A stretch of DNA of 64,000 nucleotides from the NCBI GenBank assembly GCA_017654855.1, contig CM030333.1, positions 3,410,001 through 3,474,000 of the forward strand. Direction: 5' to 3'. Position 1 is the stretch's first letter, and every line of letters begins with the position of its first letter. The DNA is from Podospora anserina (taxonomy: Eukaryota). The position numbers were made by a program, and so were the translations under genes. The notes under the pieces are model-generated. The model had not been told where the DNA came from. It made no database searches and saw only the letters and a program-made list of their open reading frames with translations. This document shows, piece after piece, positions 22,277-34,477 of this stretch.

Positions 22277-25200
22277 TTAGAGCTCAATCTTCCAATCACT
22301 CCCAATGCTCGCACCCACCCTCTTGATAACCGCAAAGCTCGCCCTCCCAGCGGCCTTGTCAGCAGGAGTAAACTCCACCTTTGCCTTCCACGCCCCCTTC
22401 CCGCTCTCATCAACAACATCCACCTCGGTCTTCTTCCCCCACACCTTCTCCTCCGCCCCCACCACCACGATCTTGTCCACCCTCACCCCATTGTACTTCT
22501 TGAGCCACTCCCCTTGCTTGACGCTCTTGGTATCCCTGCCCTCCTTATCAACCGACGTGATGGTCTTGGCGGCGCCATCGTAAACAAACCTGCGGTTGAT
22601 GTACTGCCCCTGTTCAAAGTCATAAGAGTCGCCGTCATCCACGTACAACTCGCCCTCCGCGTGCTTTCCGTCCTTGGGAATGGTCAACACCAAAGTGTAG
22701 TCATCCCACTTCTGGAGCTGCGAAGAGCGGCGGGGAATGTCACGGCGGGGGAAGATATGGCCACCACGCATCAGAAGGGGGAGCTTCTCCAGCGGAGCGG
22801 CAACCGTGACCGTCTTCCCGGCCTTGCCAGAGGCAACGACATTGTAAGTAAAGTAATCGTAGTAGACTTCGTTATCGGGGACGAAGATGTCCTGAGTCTC
22901 CTTGTTCTCCTCGGTAACAGGTTTGACGAGAAGGCCGGTGTTGCCGACGAAGAATTGGTTGTCGATGGGGAAACCGGCCTCTTCGTCAGGGTGAGTGTAG
23001 TACAGCGGCTTGACGATGGGAGTGCCGTCGACGTGGGCTTGGTGGAAGGCAGTGTACCATGATGGCAAAAGGCTGTAACGAAGGCGGAGGGCACCAGCGA
23101 TGATGGTGTTGTACGGCTCCCCCATGAGGTAAGGCTCGCGGCGGCGGGCATCAATGTGAGCATGGCCGCGGAAGAAGGGGTAGAAAGCACCGGCCTGGTA
23201 CCAACGAGTCAAGAGCTGCTTGTCAGGGTTGCCGAAGAAGCCACCGACGTCAGCGCCGGAGAAGGGGAAGCCGGCGATGTTTTGGGACAAAATCATGGGG
23301 ATGGATTCTTTGAGATGGCCCCACTCGGCAGTGTTGTCACCGGTCCACATGGCACCGATGCGCTGAGAGCCGGCAAAGAAGGCGCGGGTGAGGACAAATG
23401 GACGGCGGAGCTCGCCAGGCTTGCGGGTTTTGAGAGCATGGTGTGTGGCGTTGTGGAAGGTCATGCCGTTAAGGTTGTGGACATCACGATGCTCCCAGTT
23501 GCCATCATGAAGGTTGTCCTTGGGCATGGTCGTCTCGGGACCGTTAAAGACCGAAGGCTCATTCATGTCGTTCCAAATCCAGGTGTTTTCCATGGAGCCT
23601 TTGAACGAGGCATACTTGAAGAGGGTAGCCCACCACTCACGGGCGGCAGGCTTGAAAGCATCAATCCAGTGGGAGCTGCCTGGCCAGCACCAGCCCTCAA
23701 AGATGTTGCCATCCTTGTTCTTCACAGCCAAGTCCTTGGACTTGAGCTCGGCAACGACGGGGTAGTTGTCAGTGTTCTTGATATGAGGGTCGATGATAGT
23801 GACCAGCTGGCGACCGTGGCTCTCCAACTGCTTGCCCATGCCGATGGGGTTCCTGAAGCTATGCTCATCCCAGGTGAAGTACTTCTTATCATCCGTGTAC
23901 TCAATATCGAGCCAAATGACATCATAGGGCATCTTGAACTTGTCCATCTTGCGGTCGACATCCTTGACATCCTCGTCCGAGACGTAGTTCCAGCGGCACT
24001 GATGGTAACCGAGGGCAAACTCCTGAGGCATGGTGGTGGTGCCGGTGAGCTCGCCATATTTGGCGGTAAGATCCTTGGGGGTAGGGCCAAGGAAAACAAA
24101 GACGTCCAGAAGACCACTTTCCGAGAACCAGTGAGTGTGGGTGCTGGTTTTGGAGCCAATACCAAGAGACAGGGGGTTCTTGGAGTCCTTGCCCTTGGTG
24201 ATATCGACCCAGGTCTCGGCAGCATTGAGCCAGAAAATACCAACGCTGGAGCCCTTGCGGTGGGCCTGCATGAAAGGAATGGAGCCATAAAGCGTCATCG
24301 GGCTGTCAAGAATGTACTCGAAAACGTCGGCGTTGTAGAGCCTGTAGGGCTCGCTGTAGCTGCCATCCCCGCCGCGAGTGGTCTTCAGTGACAGAGGGCC
24401 GGTGTGAGAAGGAATGCCGTAGACATGCTCGAAGCCCGAGAAGGTGATATCGAGGCCAACACTTTCGGGGCCACGAGGCTTCGAATCGGTGTTGCTGCCA
24501 AAGGACTCGTCCCACCAGGTGCTCTCGTCCTCGCCCTTGGGTTCCTCCTCCTCCTTCTTCTGCTCTTCCTTGTCCTCCTGGTTCTGCTCGCCCTCGGGGG
24601 TGTCCTTGTTCTCAACCGCTGGCTTCTCAATCTTGGGCCTCCAGTGTTCCACGTTCAGCAGCCCCTGGTCGTTGAACTTGATCTGGCTGACTCCATCGCG
24701 CTTAAAATCGATTCCAAAGGGAGCGAACTTGATGACGGCTTCGAAGTTGGAGGTAGGTCCGTACTTGACAGTGAGCTGTGACTTGTCTTCGAAATCCACC
24801 TTGGCTTCCTTGTCAAGTGCTAGCCCTCCAACAATAACCCATTTCTCGGCTTCATTGTATCGCTCCTTCCGGGCCTTGCTGTCATGGCGCAGTTCGATCT
24901 CGCCCTTTTGCCTCTTCTCTTCATCAATCGTAACTCGGGCGGTGCCGGATTCGAGGAAGGAAACGGTCAATGGAAGCCGGACGGTGTCGCCATTGTCGTT
25001 GATAGTCTTCAATACGACAGCTTGGTACTGTCCGTCCTTGAAGGACCCGGATTCGGGAAGGATAGAGTATGGAGACGACCACGAGTTGGTGGAGAGGACG
25101 TGGTCAGCAAGCGCTCGGTTTCGCGAGCAGAAGCCCGACTGGGCGCACTTTTTGAAATCATGTTCCTTGACGGCAACTGATACAGAAAGAGGTTAATCAC

Positions 25201-25330
25201 AGTGTCCAGAGAATCTAGATACCCAAGACCACCTCAGTTCCCTACCTGCTGGTGTAATGACGCCGGAAAGTGTAGATATCAGCCCGAGATAAGCTGTCCA
25301 CCTCCCGGACAGCGGGCCTGAGAGGTGCAT
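22277..25330 (-). CDS. ROT2: ER glucosidase II alpha subunit (GH31)
   Basis: Signal exon 25330-25246 and intron 25177-25245, then VKEHDFKKCAQSGFCSRNR, catalytic WNDMNEPSVF, WTGDN and FFRGHAH. Confidence 0.95.
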
Positions 25331-26250
25331 GGCAGCGGCTAGCAACGCTCAAGGCGCTGTCGCAAGGCACTCTGGGTGTGCTGGAAAAACAAAAAGCAAA
25401 CGCGATAAAAAGGAGTGAGATGGCCTTCAAGCCCTCACTTTGTGCATCCGGTAATCCTCCGAAATGCAGCAAAAATAAAAAAATAAAATGCGATGGCTTC
25501 TGCCCCAGGTTCAATGTTGGGATGTTTTGAGTTGGCAACTGCTTGAAAGCTCCCAATCTGGATTGGCCACCTTTCTCCTGAGACAGGGACCGGGCCCCTG
25601 CTGGCGCTCCGCCCATAGCCAACCCTGCTGCCAAGTGGCACATTGCCTGGCACCCTGGCCGTACCTAACCCTGAATGATGACTTTAGCCAGCGCTGGTGG
25701 ACATTCTCGCCATTGGGCTCCAAGATATAGGCTGTACATCGTTGAAGACATCAGCAAGCCGGACGTGCTGTATTCTTTTCGTTATTGGAGACTGAACCTC
25801 GTCAATAACCATTGCTGTTTCGTTGGCTATCTTCCAGACCACCCCCTATCAACAAGCCACCTTCAAGCATCCCGACAATAGCTACCTAGTTGCCCGACCG
25901 CCTCGAGCTCTCAGAAAGATCGGGTGCCTCTGATTCGACCCGTCATGCCGAGTACAGACACAGCTGTTCCGAGACGACAGCAGCAGCGAGATGGCGGCGG
26001 CGGTGGTTGGCTGGCGAGGTGTCGGGGCGTGTTTGGGAACGAGTCTCCTGCATTCTATGTCCTCCTAATGTGGGTCGTTGTGTTAACGGCTGTGGTCTTT
26101 TCTGACGGCTTCGACCCCACCTCGTCCCGAGCCTCCTCAGCTGTTCGGGCTCCAGCGGCTTCTGAACAAAATTCATTTTTTCCCTCTTCCTCCTCTCCTC
26201 CTCCACCACTTCTTGTCAATTCTCCAGCAGACTCTCAAGAACCAGCCAAA

Positions 26251-27058
26251 ATGTCCACCGAGCAGACGTAAGTCTTTTCCCCCCAGCTTTTGCCTCTTTC
26301 TGAGCACCCATCGCCCTGCTTTTTTCGCCTTGGCTTGCCCCTCGATTACCCCGCCATCCTTGTTCTCTCGTCCTGATTCTACCCCGCCATTTCGCATTCT
26401 CATGAACTGACGGTGAAACAGCTTCATTGCTATCAAGCCCGATGGCGTCCAGGTACGCGCGAGCACGGCACAGCTTGTCGACCATGTTTGATACTGATAA
26501 TCGGTGTAGCGTGGCCTCGTTGGTCCCATCATCTCTCGCTTCGAGAACCGTGGGTACGTGAACTCCACCCCAAGCTTGAAGCTCTCTCCAGCTCTGGCCA
26601 TCTGCTGACAAACATCACACGCAGCTACAAGCTCGTTGCCCTGAAGCTCGTCACCCCCGGCGAGGAGCACCTCCAGAAGCACTACGAGGACCTCAAGGAC
26701 AAGCCCTTCTTCCCTGGTCTCATCAAGTGTATGTGACACCCTGGGATGCCTACTGCTGCACCCCCAGCTGCTGACCGCTACCCCTCCAACAGACATGTCC
26801 TCCGGCCCCATTGCCGCCATGGTCTGGGAGGGCCGTGACGCCGTCAAGACCGGCCGTGTCCTCCTCGGTGCCACCAACCCCCTTGCCTCCGCTCCTGGCA
26901 CCATCCGCGGTGACTTCGCCATCGATGTCGGCCGCAACGTCTGCCACGGCTCCGACTCTGTCGAGAACGCCAAGAAGGAGATTGCCCTCTGGTTCAAGCC
27001 TGAGGAGCTCAACAGCTACAAGGCTGCCGCCTTTGACTGGGTCTACGAGAAGGCCTAA
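26251..27058 (+). CDS. NDK1: Nucleoside diphosphate kinase
   Basis: Exons 26251-26267, 26422-26452, 26510-26553, 26625-26728 and 26793-27058 give [19 protein letters not shown]...[10 protein letters not shown]. Confidence 0.97.
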
Positions 27059-27414
27059 CTAAGCGGTTCGTTTCTGAGATAGAAACTGCTGCTTGCCCGT
27101 ATCTGCGGCAAGGGCAATTTGACTGGTCCTCTTGATTATATGTAGCGCGTTAGAGCTCTGGAAATTAGAGACCGATTTGAGTTGTTCACATGTTTTGCCA
27201 ATGCTTGTGTCTTGTCTTTGAATTGTTGAGCGTTGTCTTTCGAGAATGGTGACAGCCAACCCTAACCCTTTGCCTCTGGCGACTTGGTAGCTTTGGGATT
27301 ATCACAAGCTCTCTTTTCCATAACCAGCCTACAAATCGCACTTTTCAACAACCAACCACCGAACCAGGACAGTCAACCTCTCAACTCTAACCCAATTCCC
27401 CCTTGGCCATAACT

Positions 27415-28023
27415 ATGCGCCCCCCACCACTGTTCCAATCCCTCCTCCGGCAGCCCCGCCGCCCAATCCAACTCGGAGGAGTCGCACGACCTCGAAACGG
27501 CAGCACCTTTCCCCCACCTCCACCGCCGCAGTCGTCAGCCAAACTCTCCCGCGCAGAAAAGATTCTGTCCAGACTGCCACGCCCCTTGCAAAAATACACC
27601 ACCTCTTTGCGGTCCGCGCCCACTACGCACGTGGTCGCGTTTTTGATACTGCATGAGATTACTGCCATTGTGCCTTTGGTTGGGCTGGTTGGGGTGTTTC
27701 ACTATGGGAATTGGCTGCCGGTGGGGTGGTTAGGGGAAAGTGAGACTGTTAAGGAGGGGGTGGGGATTTTCGAGAGGTATGCTAGGAGGAAGGGATGGTT
27801 AGATGAGGGGGAGGGGGGATCGGAGGGGGATGAAGGGGAAAAGGGGGGGATAATGGAGCATTGGAGGGAGAATGGGAGGTATAAGCTGGTGATGGAGGTT
27901 GGTGTGGCGTGGGCGGTTTGCAAGTTTTTGTTGCCGGTAAGGATTGGGGTTAGTTTGTGGGGGACGCCTTGGTTGGCCAGGGGGATTGGGAGGTGGGGGG
28001 GGGTTTTCAAAAGGGGGGGTTGA
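27415..28023 (+). CDS. MRX11: FLILHELTA-family mitochondrial protein (MRX11-like)
   Basis: AFLILHEITAIVP motif, basic presequence-like N-terminus, KFLLPVRIGVSLWGTP. Confidence 0.75.
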   Translation: MRPPPLFQSLLRQPRRPIQLGGVARPRNGSTFPPPPPPQSSAKLSRAEKILSRLPRPLQKYTTSLRSAPTTHVVAFLILHEITAIVPLVGLVGVFHYGNWLPVGWLGESETVKEGVGIFERYARRKGWLDEGEGGSEGDEGEKGGIMEHWRENGRYKLVMEVGVAWAVCKFLLPVRIGVSLWGTPWLARGIGRWGGVFKRGG

Positions 28024-28085
28024 GGGAGGATGGGTTGGGATTTTGTTTGCTTTTGGACGGTCACACGGGTGGGCAAGGTGAAGGG

Positions 28086-28502
28086 TTAGGTAAAGTCCAT
28101 TGCTTTTCTCCACCAGGTGGTTATGCCGCGGGATTCCATGGCTGAGGCAAAGTCGTTGATTGCGGAGAGTTCAAAGAGGCCGGTGGGTTCTTGTGATTGG
28201 TTTTCGGGGGATAGTGTAAGGGATGGTTTGGAGGCTAGGTGGAAGTCTTTGTAGCGGAGTCTCTTGGGTATTGGTGAGTTGGTGGGTTAGAAGAGAAGGG
28301 GAATAAGGGGACCTACCTGGACAGTTCCTACCCAGGACTTCACACCTTGTTCGCTGCCTTTGCAGTACATGATGCCTGGGCAACCACCGCTTCGGAGGAG
28401 AGCATAGACCTCGAACTCACGAGCTGCTTTGCGGAGGTGGGCAACCTTTTTGCGGGAGGTGATGTGGTGAGTTCGGATCAAGGCATGGTAGAACGGGGTC
28501 AT
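28086..28502 (-). CDS. Small protein resembling the DUF1115 / RWDD2 C-terminal domain
   Basis: Intron 28263-28316. Product MTPFYHALIRTHHITSRKK...GGCPGIMYCKG...VQ|RLRYKDF...WWRKAMDFT. Confidence 0.7.
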
Positions 28503-29007
28503 TATCTTGACCTGATATCATCCACCTGATCTCGTGAGGAGTAGTTGTTGAAAGGGTTGCCCTAGTCGTGGAGGTTGAAAGTGGACAGTGCTTGAATGAT
28601 ACCAGTGCCACTTCACACGGTCTTTGGGTGAGCAAGTGAACATAGACATACAGTACGAACTACGTCATACCAACTCTCTCACACGGTTCTCTTTCACGTC
28701 TTCACGTGCCCACGTGCCGCATGCCAAGCCATTCATCCGATTGTATAACCAACGCGACTCGTGCCTGCCCTTTCTCTGTTCGAGTTGTGACAGAAGTGAA
28801 TTAGGACAGACAATTGGAGCCTGCCAGGGCTGAGCAACCTGCTCTTGACCCTTCTGCTTCTGCCTACTTGAGGGAGAACTTCAAGGATATAGCTCCAGCG
28901 ACTCGACGACTGGCGTGTTTACTAACAAATAAACAAACAACTGATTCGATACATGTCATTTCGACTTCACTTCAGCATGATACTCACCACCTCCTACCTA
29001 TAAATGT

Positions 29008-31226
29008 ATGCATCCTTTGTTACTGGCCATTTTGAAGGTCCAGGACGACATTGCTGTTGCCGGGGCTATCCTGAATAAACAGAGGAGGGAACGGACAGTA
29101 ACTGGGAGAAATGAGCTGGCGCAGCATCTCAAGCCGATGTTGGGAGTCAAGATTGGCAGGCAGACGTGGATCAAAGGGAGGAGTATAAAGCACTGCTTGG
29201 ACATGGTGCACGGGAGGATTAGTTGTGAGGCGAAAGCTGGATGGCGAATACTGCCAGATTCACATTGACCTCAGCAAGGGGAAGGATTGCACACAGATCT
29301 TCTCGAAGAGCGGAAAAGACTCCACGCGGGATCGCTCTAAGCTGCATGAGTAAGTTGTCGTTTTGTAGAGTTCAACATGGGCTAACATGAACGACAGTGC
29401 CATCGGGGATTCCCTACAAATAGGCCAGCCCACATGCCCTATCACAAAGGGGTGCATCTTGGAAGGGGAACTTGCCGTTTACAGTGGCAAGGTAGGTTTG
29501 CTTCCGTGCTTACACACACATCATTACTAATATTTCGCAGGAACATGGAATTCTCAACTTTCAGAAGATCAGAAAGCACATTTTCAGATCTGGGACCTTC
29601 ATTGGAACTGCACAGGATTCACAGTATGCTTCTCACCGACCTCCTCTTTGTCGGGGTTTGTGCTGACATTTGTAGGACACATTCCTGGGAACACCTCATG
29701 ATTGTCTACTATGACGTCCGCATGCTTGACGACACACCATTACTTCCAGTCAAAATTCAGAGAGGTTCCAAAAGCTCAAGGAAATCATTACGATCATCCC
29801 AAGCCACTCGGCCCTGGTCAAACGGATTCTTATCGACTGTGACAGGCGGACAGCCAAATCGGACCTGCGCCGTGCTTTTGCCGAGTGTATCACGGCCAAG
29901 GGAGAGAGGCTTGTCCTCAAGTCAGATGACCCCTACTTCGACTTTGACAGCATGCGAAGACCCTATAGATGCTGTCCCATCAAGCTAAAGAAGGAATACA
30001 TCGGCAACTTTGGAGACATTGGGGCCTTTGCAATAGTTGGTGCCCGGTATGACGCTGCAAAAGCCAGAACCTACAACATTCTTCACCTCAAGTGGGCACA
30101 CTTCTATGTGGGTTGCTTGGAAAACAGGGAGGAGGTTGGACGATTTGGCAAAAAGCCAAAGTTTGTGGTGACCAACGTGGTTAAACTCGATACAACACAA
30201 CTGGCACGATGGTGGCTTATGCCAACCCGGAAAGCGTATCGGTGGACGACAACTGTCCCATTGACTTGCGGACCGAGCCAGGCATCGATGAGGGGCGACG
30301 ACCGGTTTTTATTTTCCCCACGCTACCCGTCGTGGACCTCCGCTGTTTTTCTTTTGACTAAGAGGGGAACACTGGTTTCTGGAGCCCAAGGTTTCCTGTC
30401 GCCACCAAAGTACACTGGGACAGAACCTTCCACGACACAATCTCTTTTCAACAGCTGCAGGAATTAGCAGAAGAGGCCAGGAACATGACAGCCCCTGAGG
30501 ACACTCAAGAGATTCTCACTTGGATCGCCAATCTTCAAGGAATCGAGTCTTCGAGCCAGTCCACCGCAACCACCTCTCAGCGGTCCTTGGTATCTTCTCG
30601 GAACACCATGTCCCCTGGCCCCCGGGGTGATGTCTCGCCTCGAGTTGACCGCCGCGTCCCAATCGGCGCTGCCACTTTGAGCGCCCCCTTGTCTTTGTCA
30701 GCCTCATAGACTGCAGGCCGTTCCCAGGGGTATGATAGTGCAGCAGGTAAGAACATGAACCATAGTCGAAATGATTGGTTTCTAACAGTGTTCAGACGAA
30801 GGCATCGACCGCGACCGCGACCGTGATGTACTCTCCGAGGACGCTCACGACGAGAATACTTGGCAAAATCGGACACGATCAATTGAGGCCTCATGCGGGC
30901 TATCATCCTTTTCAGTCCTGCTGTCTCCTTGCATAGCCAACTTTCCGTATGTTGGAGATTTACTCAGAAGCCATGGAATCCATGAGCCTGTCATAGATGC
31001 CAATAGCTGGAAGGAAAAACGGTTCGCCTCGACGAAAAGACTGGCGTTGGTTGAGCCCCAGCGACGTGAGGCTACTCAGGCCTTTTTTGACGCCATTACA
31101 TCGCTCGAGTTGAGGAAACGAGGCTTGGATGAGCATGAGTATATCCCCATCTTTGATTGGAGGGTGTTGGAGAGGTTGGAGACGGAGGAGGCCAAGAAGG
31201 GGATGGAGGCGAGGGGAGAAGGATGA
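29008..31226 (+). pseudogene. Pseudogene of an ATP-dependent DNA ligase family gene (no recognisable canonical BRCT repeats)
   Basis: Ligase motifs in order: I (K)LDGEYCQIH, IFSKSGKDST, III CILEGEL, IIIa HLMIVYYD, IV GERLVLK, V IKLKKEYI, OB-fold SPRFP. Four intact introns at 29350-29397, 29492-29540, 29624-29675 and 30747-30795. Frameshifts at about 29233, 29755 and 30205; stops TAA 30359-30361 and TAG 30707-30709. Confidence 0.88.
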
Positions 31227-31748
31227 GAGGTTTGCTGTTGCTATATTATGGAGAAGGGGAGGTTTGGGGAGATTTGGGACAGGTTTTTGCAGGGGTTTGT
31301 TTGAGTGTTTGTTTTTGGGGGATGGATCAGGGGCATGGACATACCCAGGAGGCATGGATAGATGATGAGTTTTGTAGAATACGGGTTGCATGATGGCCAA
31401 TGGAGATTACAACGGCGGATTGCCTGAGTTAAGCAGCTTTTATGCATATATCTGTGTTGCAATGAAATGTTCGCCGTTAAAAAGTAAAACTGCCGTGGGT
31501 GAGGCTGAAAGTGGAAGCCCACCCTCAAGCATTAAAGTGGGGCCAGCTAGGCAAGGCTGAAATTCTGGGAAATTCAACAAGCTCCACCGCGCCAACTGCG
31601 ACGCTTGCTTGTTCAACGCGACAAGCTTCCCATTGACGACAATTCACCACCACCACCGATATTCGCAACGACCAAATCTGACTATTTCCACCTCTGCCTG
31701 TCGCGCACTTACTATCACATCGAACCAAACGCCATATCAAAACCAAAA

Positions 31749-32165
31749 ATGACCTCCACAATCGGCATCCCCATCAAACTCCTCAACGAGGCCCAAGTCA
31801 GTTCTTCCCCTCCTCCCCCCTTCCCAATCATCATGCTAATCTGTCTGTTTGGGTAGGGCCACATCGTAACACTGGAAATAACCTCCGGCCAAACCTACCG
31901 CGGCAAGCTCATCGAGGCAGAGGACAACATGAACGTCCAGCTCAAGGACATCACCGTCACGGCCCGCGACGGCCGCGTCTCCCACCTCGAGCAGGTCTAC
32001 ATCCGGGGATCTCACGTCCGGTTCTTCATCGTGCCCGACATGCTCCGCAACGCGCCCATGTTCAGGAGCAGGAACGTCAGGGGGAGGGGTGTCGGGTTGG
32101 CGAGGGGGAGGGCGACGGTTAGTAGGGCTAGGGCGAGCGGGGGGCCGCCTAGGGGGGGGAGGTAA
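31749..32165 (+). CDS. SMD3: Spliceosomal Sm protein D3
   Basis: [23 protein letters not shown]...EDNMN...[21 protein letters not shown] with an RG tail. Intron 31797-31856. Confidence 0.96.
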
Positions 32166-32437
32166 AAACTGGGAACGCGATGGGAAGAAGAGATATGGAA
32201 GGGGAGAAAGATTCGCGTGTGGCTGGGTTTATGGATGGATTGTTTGGTTTGGCGTTTAGGGACTTTTTTTAAAACATGGACAGCGGAGAAGACAGAAAAT
32301 GAAAGATGTTATGGCGCGGATTTAAAACATATCATACAGCAGTACTATATACATCTCATTTTAGCGTCCCTCCAGGCATCAACCCTCTTTAGCCAGGCAA
32401 TCCCCTGCCCCTCACCCTCAATCTCATCCCCGATCTT

Positions 32438-34477
32438 TCACAACCTCCTCAAAACCTCGTCCGCCTCCTCCAACACCTCCCTCACCCTCTCCCCCCTCCC
32501 GCCTCCCACCCCTTCCGTCTTCACCCCCCTAAACAAAACATCCCCCACCCCCCTCGCCACCTGCCCCTCCACCCTCTTCACCGCCTTCCTCCCCTCCTCC
32601 CTCACCTCCTCCTCCCAATACCCCCTCGCCTCATCCCACCTCTTCTGCATCCTCTTCAACGCCACCACCAACCCCAACGCAGCAATAGCACCACACTCAT
32701 ACGCCCCAAACCCACTAAAGTACACCAACCCCGCCAGCACCGAGCCCAACCCCGTCAAACTAGCCGATTGGACGACCAGCTTCTGCGCCAACGCCTGCAA
32801 GGCAGGGACCGTAGTCTCAAGCAGATACTGTCTCGTGGACGTGATTTGAACAGGCCATTTCCCATGGTGTTCCATCTCAACCGCAGTCGGCCCCGGTGTC
32901 GAGACCAGCTTCTCTTCCGGGTCGACAGGATAGCTTATCGCGGGGCTGATGGTGGGAAATGAAGCAGCTACTTTACCAGCTAGGTAGACCACTTCCTGCT
33001 CTGCCCTCGGCAAAAAATAAGACGTCACCAGCTCCGACGTGTTGAGCGTGACATCATCCGCTCTCCAAAACAGTTTCCACCAACTAAGGCTGCGCCAGAG
33101 GTGGTTGGAAAAAGCAGAGTCAAGCCGACTCTGCAGTTCCTCGTGGGCCGACTGCGCCCAAGAGACAATCTCCTGGTCGAGGCGCCTGATAGTTGCTTCG
33201 ATTTCGACGAGATTGGCCTGGTTATGCTGGGAGAGTTGCTGTTGTCTTTCTTGCTGTTCAAGGCCCTCTTTAGCTCGGGAAAGAATAGACCCGATGAGGT
33301 GCTGGACTGGGGGCTTGATCTTGTCGGTTGCTTCCGTGTTGGCTCTGAGCCAGTCGCGGATCTGCTTGACGTTGCCTTCTGTCCAGAGCTCGCTGAAGAC
33401 TTCTGCTCTGCCGGCGCGGAGGGCGTCAAGGCCTTCGATGGCGGCGAAGGAGTCGACTGCGAAGAAGGGGAGGCTGCTGTTGGGGTCGAGGAGGCCGTGG
33501 GGTTGTGATGGGGAATAGGCGTAGTTTTGTGATTGAATTTCGAGCTCTTCCTTGACCACGGTCCCGGATTTGAGGTTTACTGCGGTTTTGATCACAGAGG
33601 AAGGGTTGGACTTGGCGAGTTCGAGAGCGTTGAGCGCGCCTCTGAGACCATTGCCTACTAATAACGTCATGTGTACTGCTGAGGGGACCAGAGTTGTTTG
33701 CGGTGTTGATATCACTGCGGTGGGCTTGGTTGTTTGTACGCCAGGTACAAGAAGCTCTGCCTCCAACTCCTCTGCGGTTTTGGTTGCTTGTGGCCTGAAC
33801 TTTGCCAACAACAGCTCGAGGTTATTCCGGCCCAACGTTGGTGAGTAGGCCGTGATCTCTGGAAATGTTGTCGGCACTTGGGTGTCCGGTGCTGCTGTCC
33901 CCTTCTCAGATGCCTTTACCCGCACAATCAAAGGTTCCTCTGCCAAATTGTGGCGTTCCAGCTGTGTCTCCCATGCCGCCTGTTCTCCAAGCTCGTCGGC
34001 GAGGGCAGCCCGTAATAAACTCTTTGAAGCCTCTGTGTTCTCGTGTCCATTCTCTCTAGCCGGGTTGAGTATCGCAACACGTATTGACTCTTGTCCCGGT
34101 GGCTCCGACAAATTGCGCAAGGCGAGGTTCAAACGTTCGCTCTTGACGTATTCGGGGATCTGTATTTGAAGCTCTCGAAGCAGACGAGCTAGTTTCGCGC
34201 GGGGTGGTTCAACCGCTTGCTGTTCTTGCATTTGTGTCGCAGACGGTATCAAGGTCTCGGTCGTATGGAAACTGCGTGCGCCACCGGCCAGCAATCTGGT
34301 ATTCTGTTCTCGCAATGGCAACGGTCGTCGTCTCGTAGTAGTAGTGAGGGGTCGTGTAGACAAGGAACAAAACAGGCATATCGACGACGTCCTCGTTCTC
34401 CCCCAGGATAATAATCCCTGATTCTTCCCCGCTATCTCTCCCCCCAGCGCCCGTTTAAGCGCCAATGTCGGCGCCAT
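32438..34477 (-). CDS. Conserved mitochondrial protein, MMC1-like
   Basis: 679-aa ORF with presequence-like N-terminus, LSWWKLFWRADDV motif, and a C-terminal TM pair plus coiled coil. Confidence 0.7.
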   Translation of the reverse strand: MAPTLALKRALGGEIAGKNQGLLSWGRTRTSSICLFCSLSTRPLTTTTRRRPLPLREQNTRLLAGGARSFHTTETLIPSATQMQEQQAVEPPRAKLARLLRELQIQIPEYVKSERLNLALRNLSEPPGQESIRVAILNPARENGHENTEASKSLLRAALADELGEQAAWETQLERHNLAEEPLIVRVKASEKGTAAPDTQVPTTFPEITAYSPTLGRNNLELLLAKFRPQATKTAEELEAELLVPGVQTTKPTAVISTPQTTLVPSAVHMTLLVGNGLRGALNALELAKSNPSSVIKTAVNLKSGTVVKEELEIQSQNYAYSPSQPHGLLDPNSSLPFFAVDSFAAIEGLDALRAGRAEVFSELWTEGNVKQIRDWLRANTEATDKIKPPVQHLIGSILSRAKEGLEQQERQQQLSQHNQANLVEIEATIRRLDQEIVSWAQSAHEELQSRLDSAFSNHLWRSLSWWKLFWRADDVTLNTSELVTSYFLPRAEQEVVYLAGKVAASFPTISPAISYPVDPEEKLVSTPGPTAVEMEHHGKWPVQITSTRQYLLETTVPALQALAQKLVVQSASLTGLGSVLAGLVYFSGFGAYECGAIAALGLVVALKRMQKRWDEARGYWEEEVREEGRKAVKRVEGQVARGVGDVLFRGVKTEGVGGGRGERVREVLEEADEVLRRL

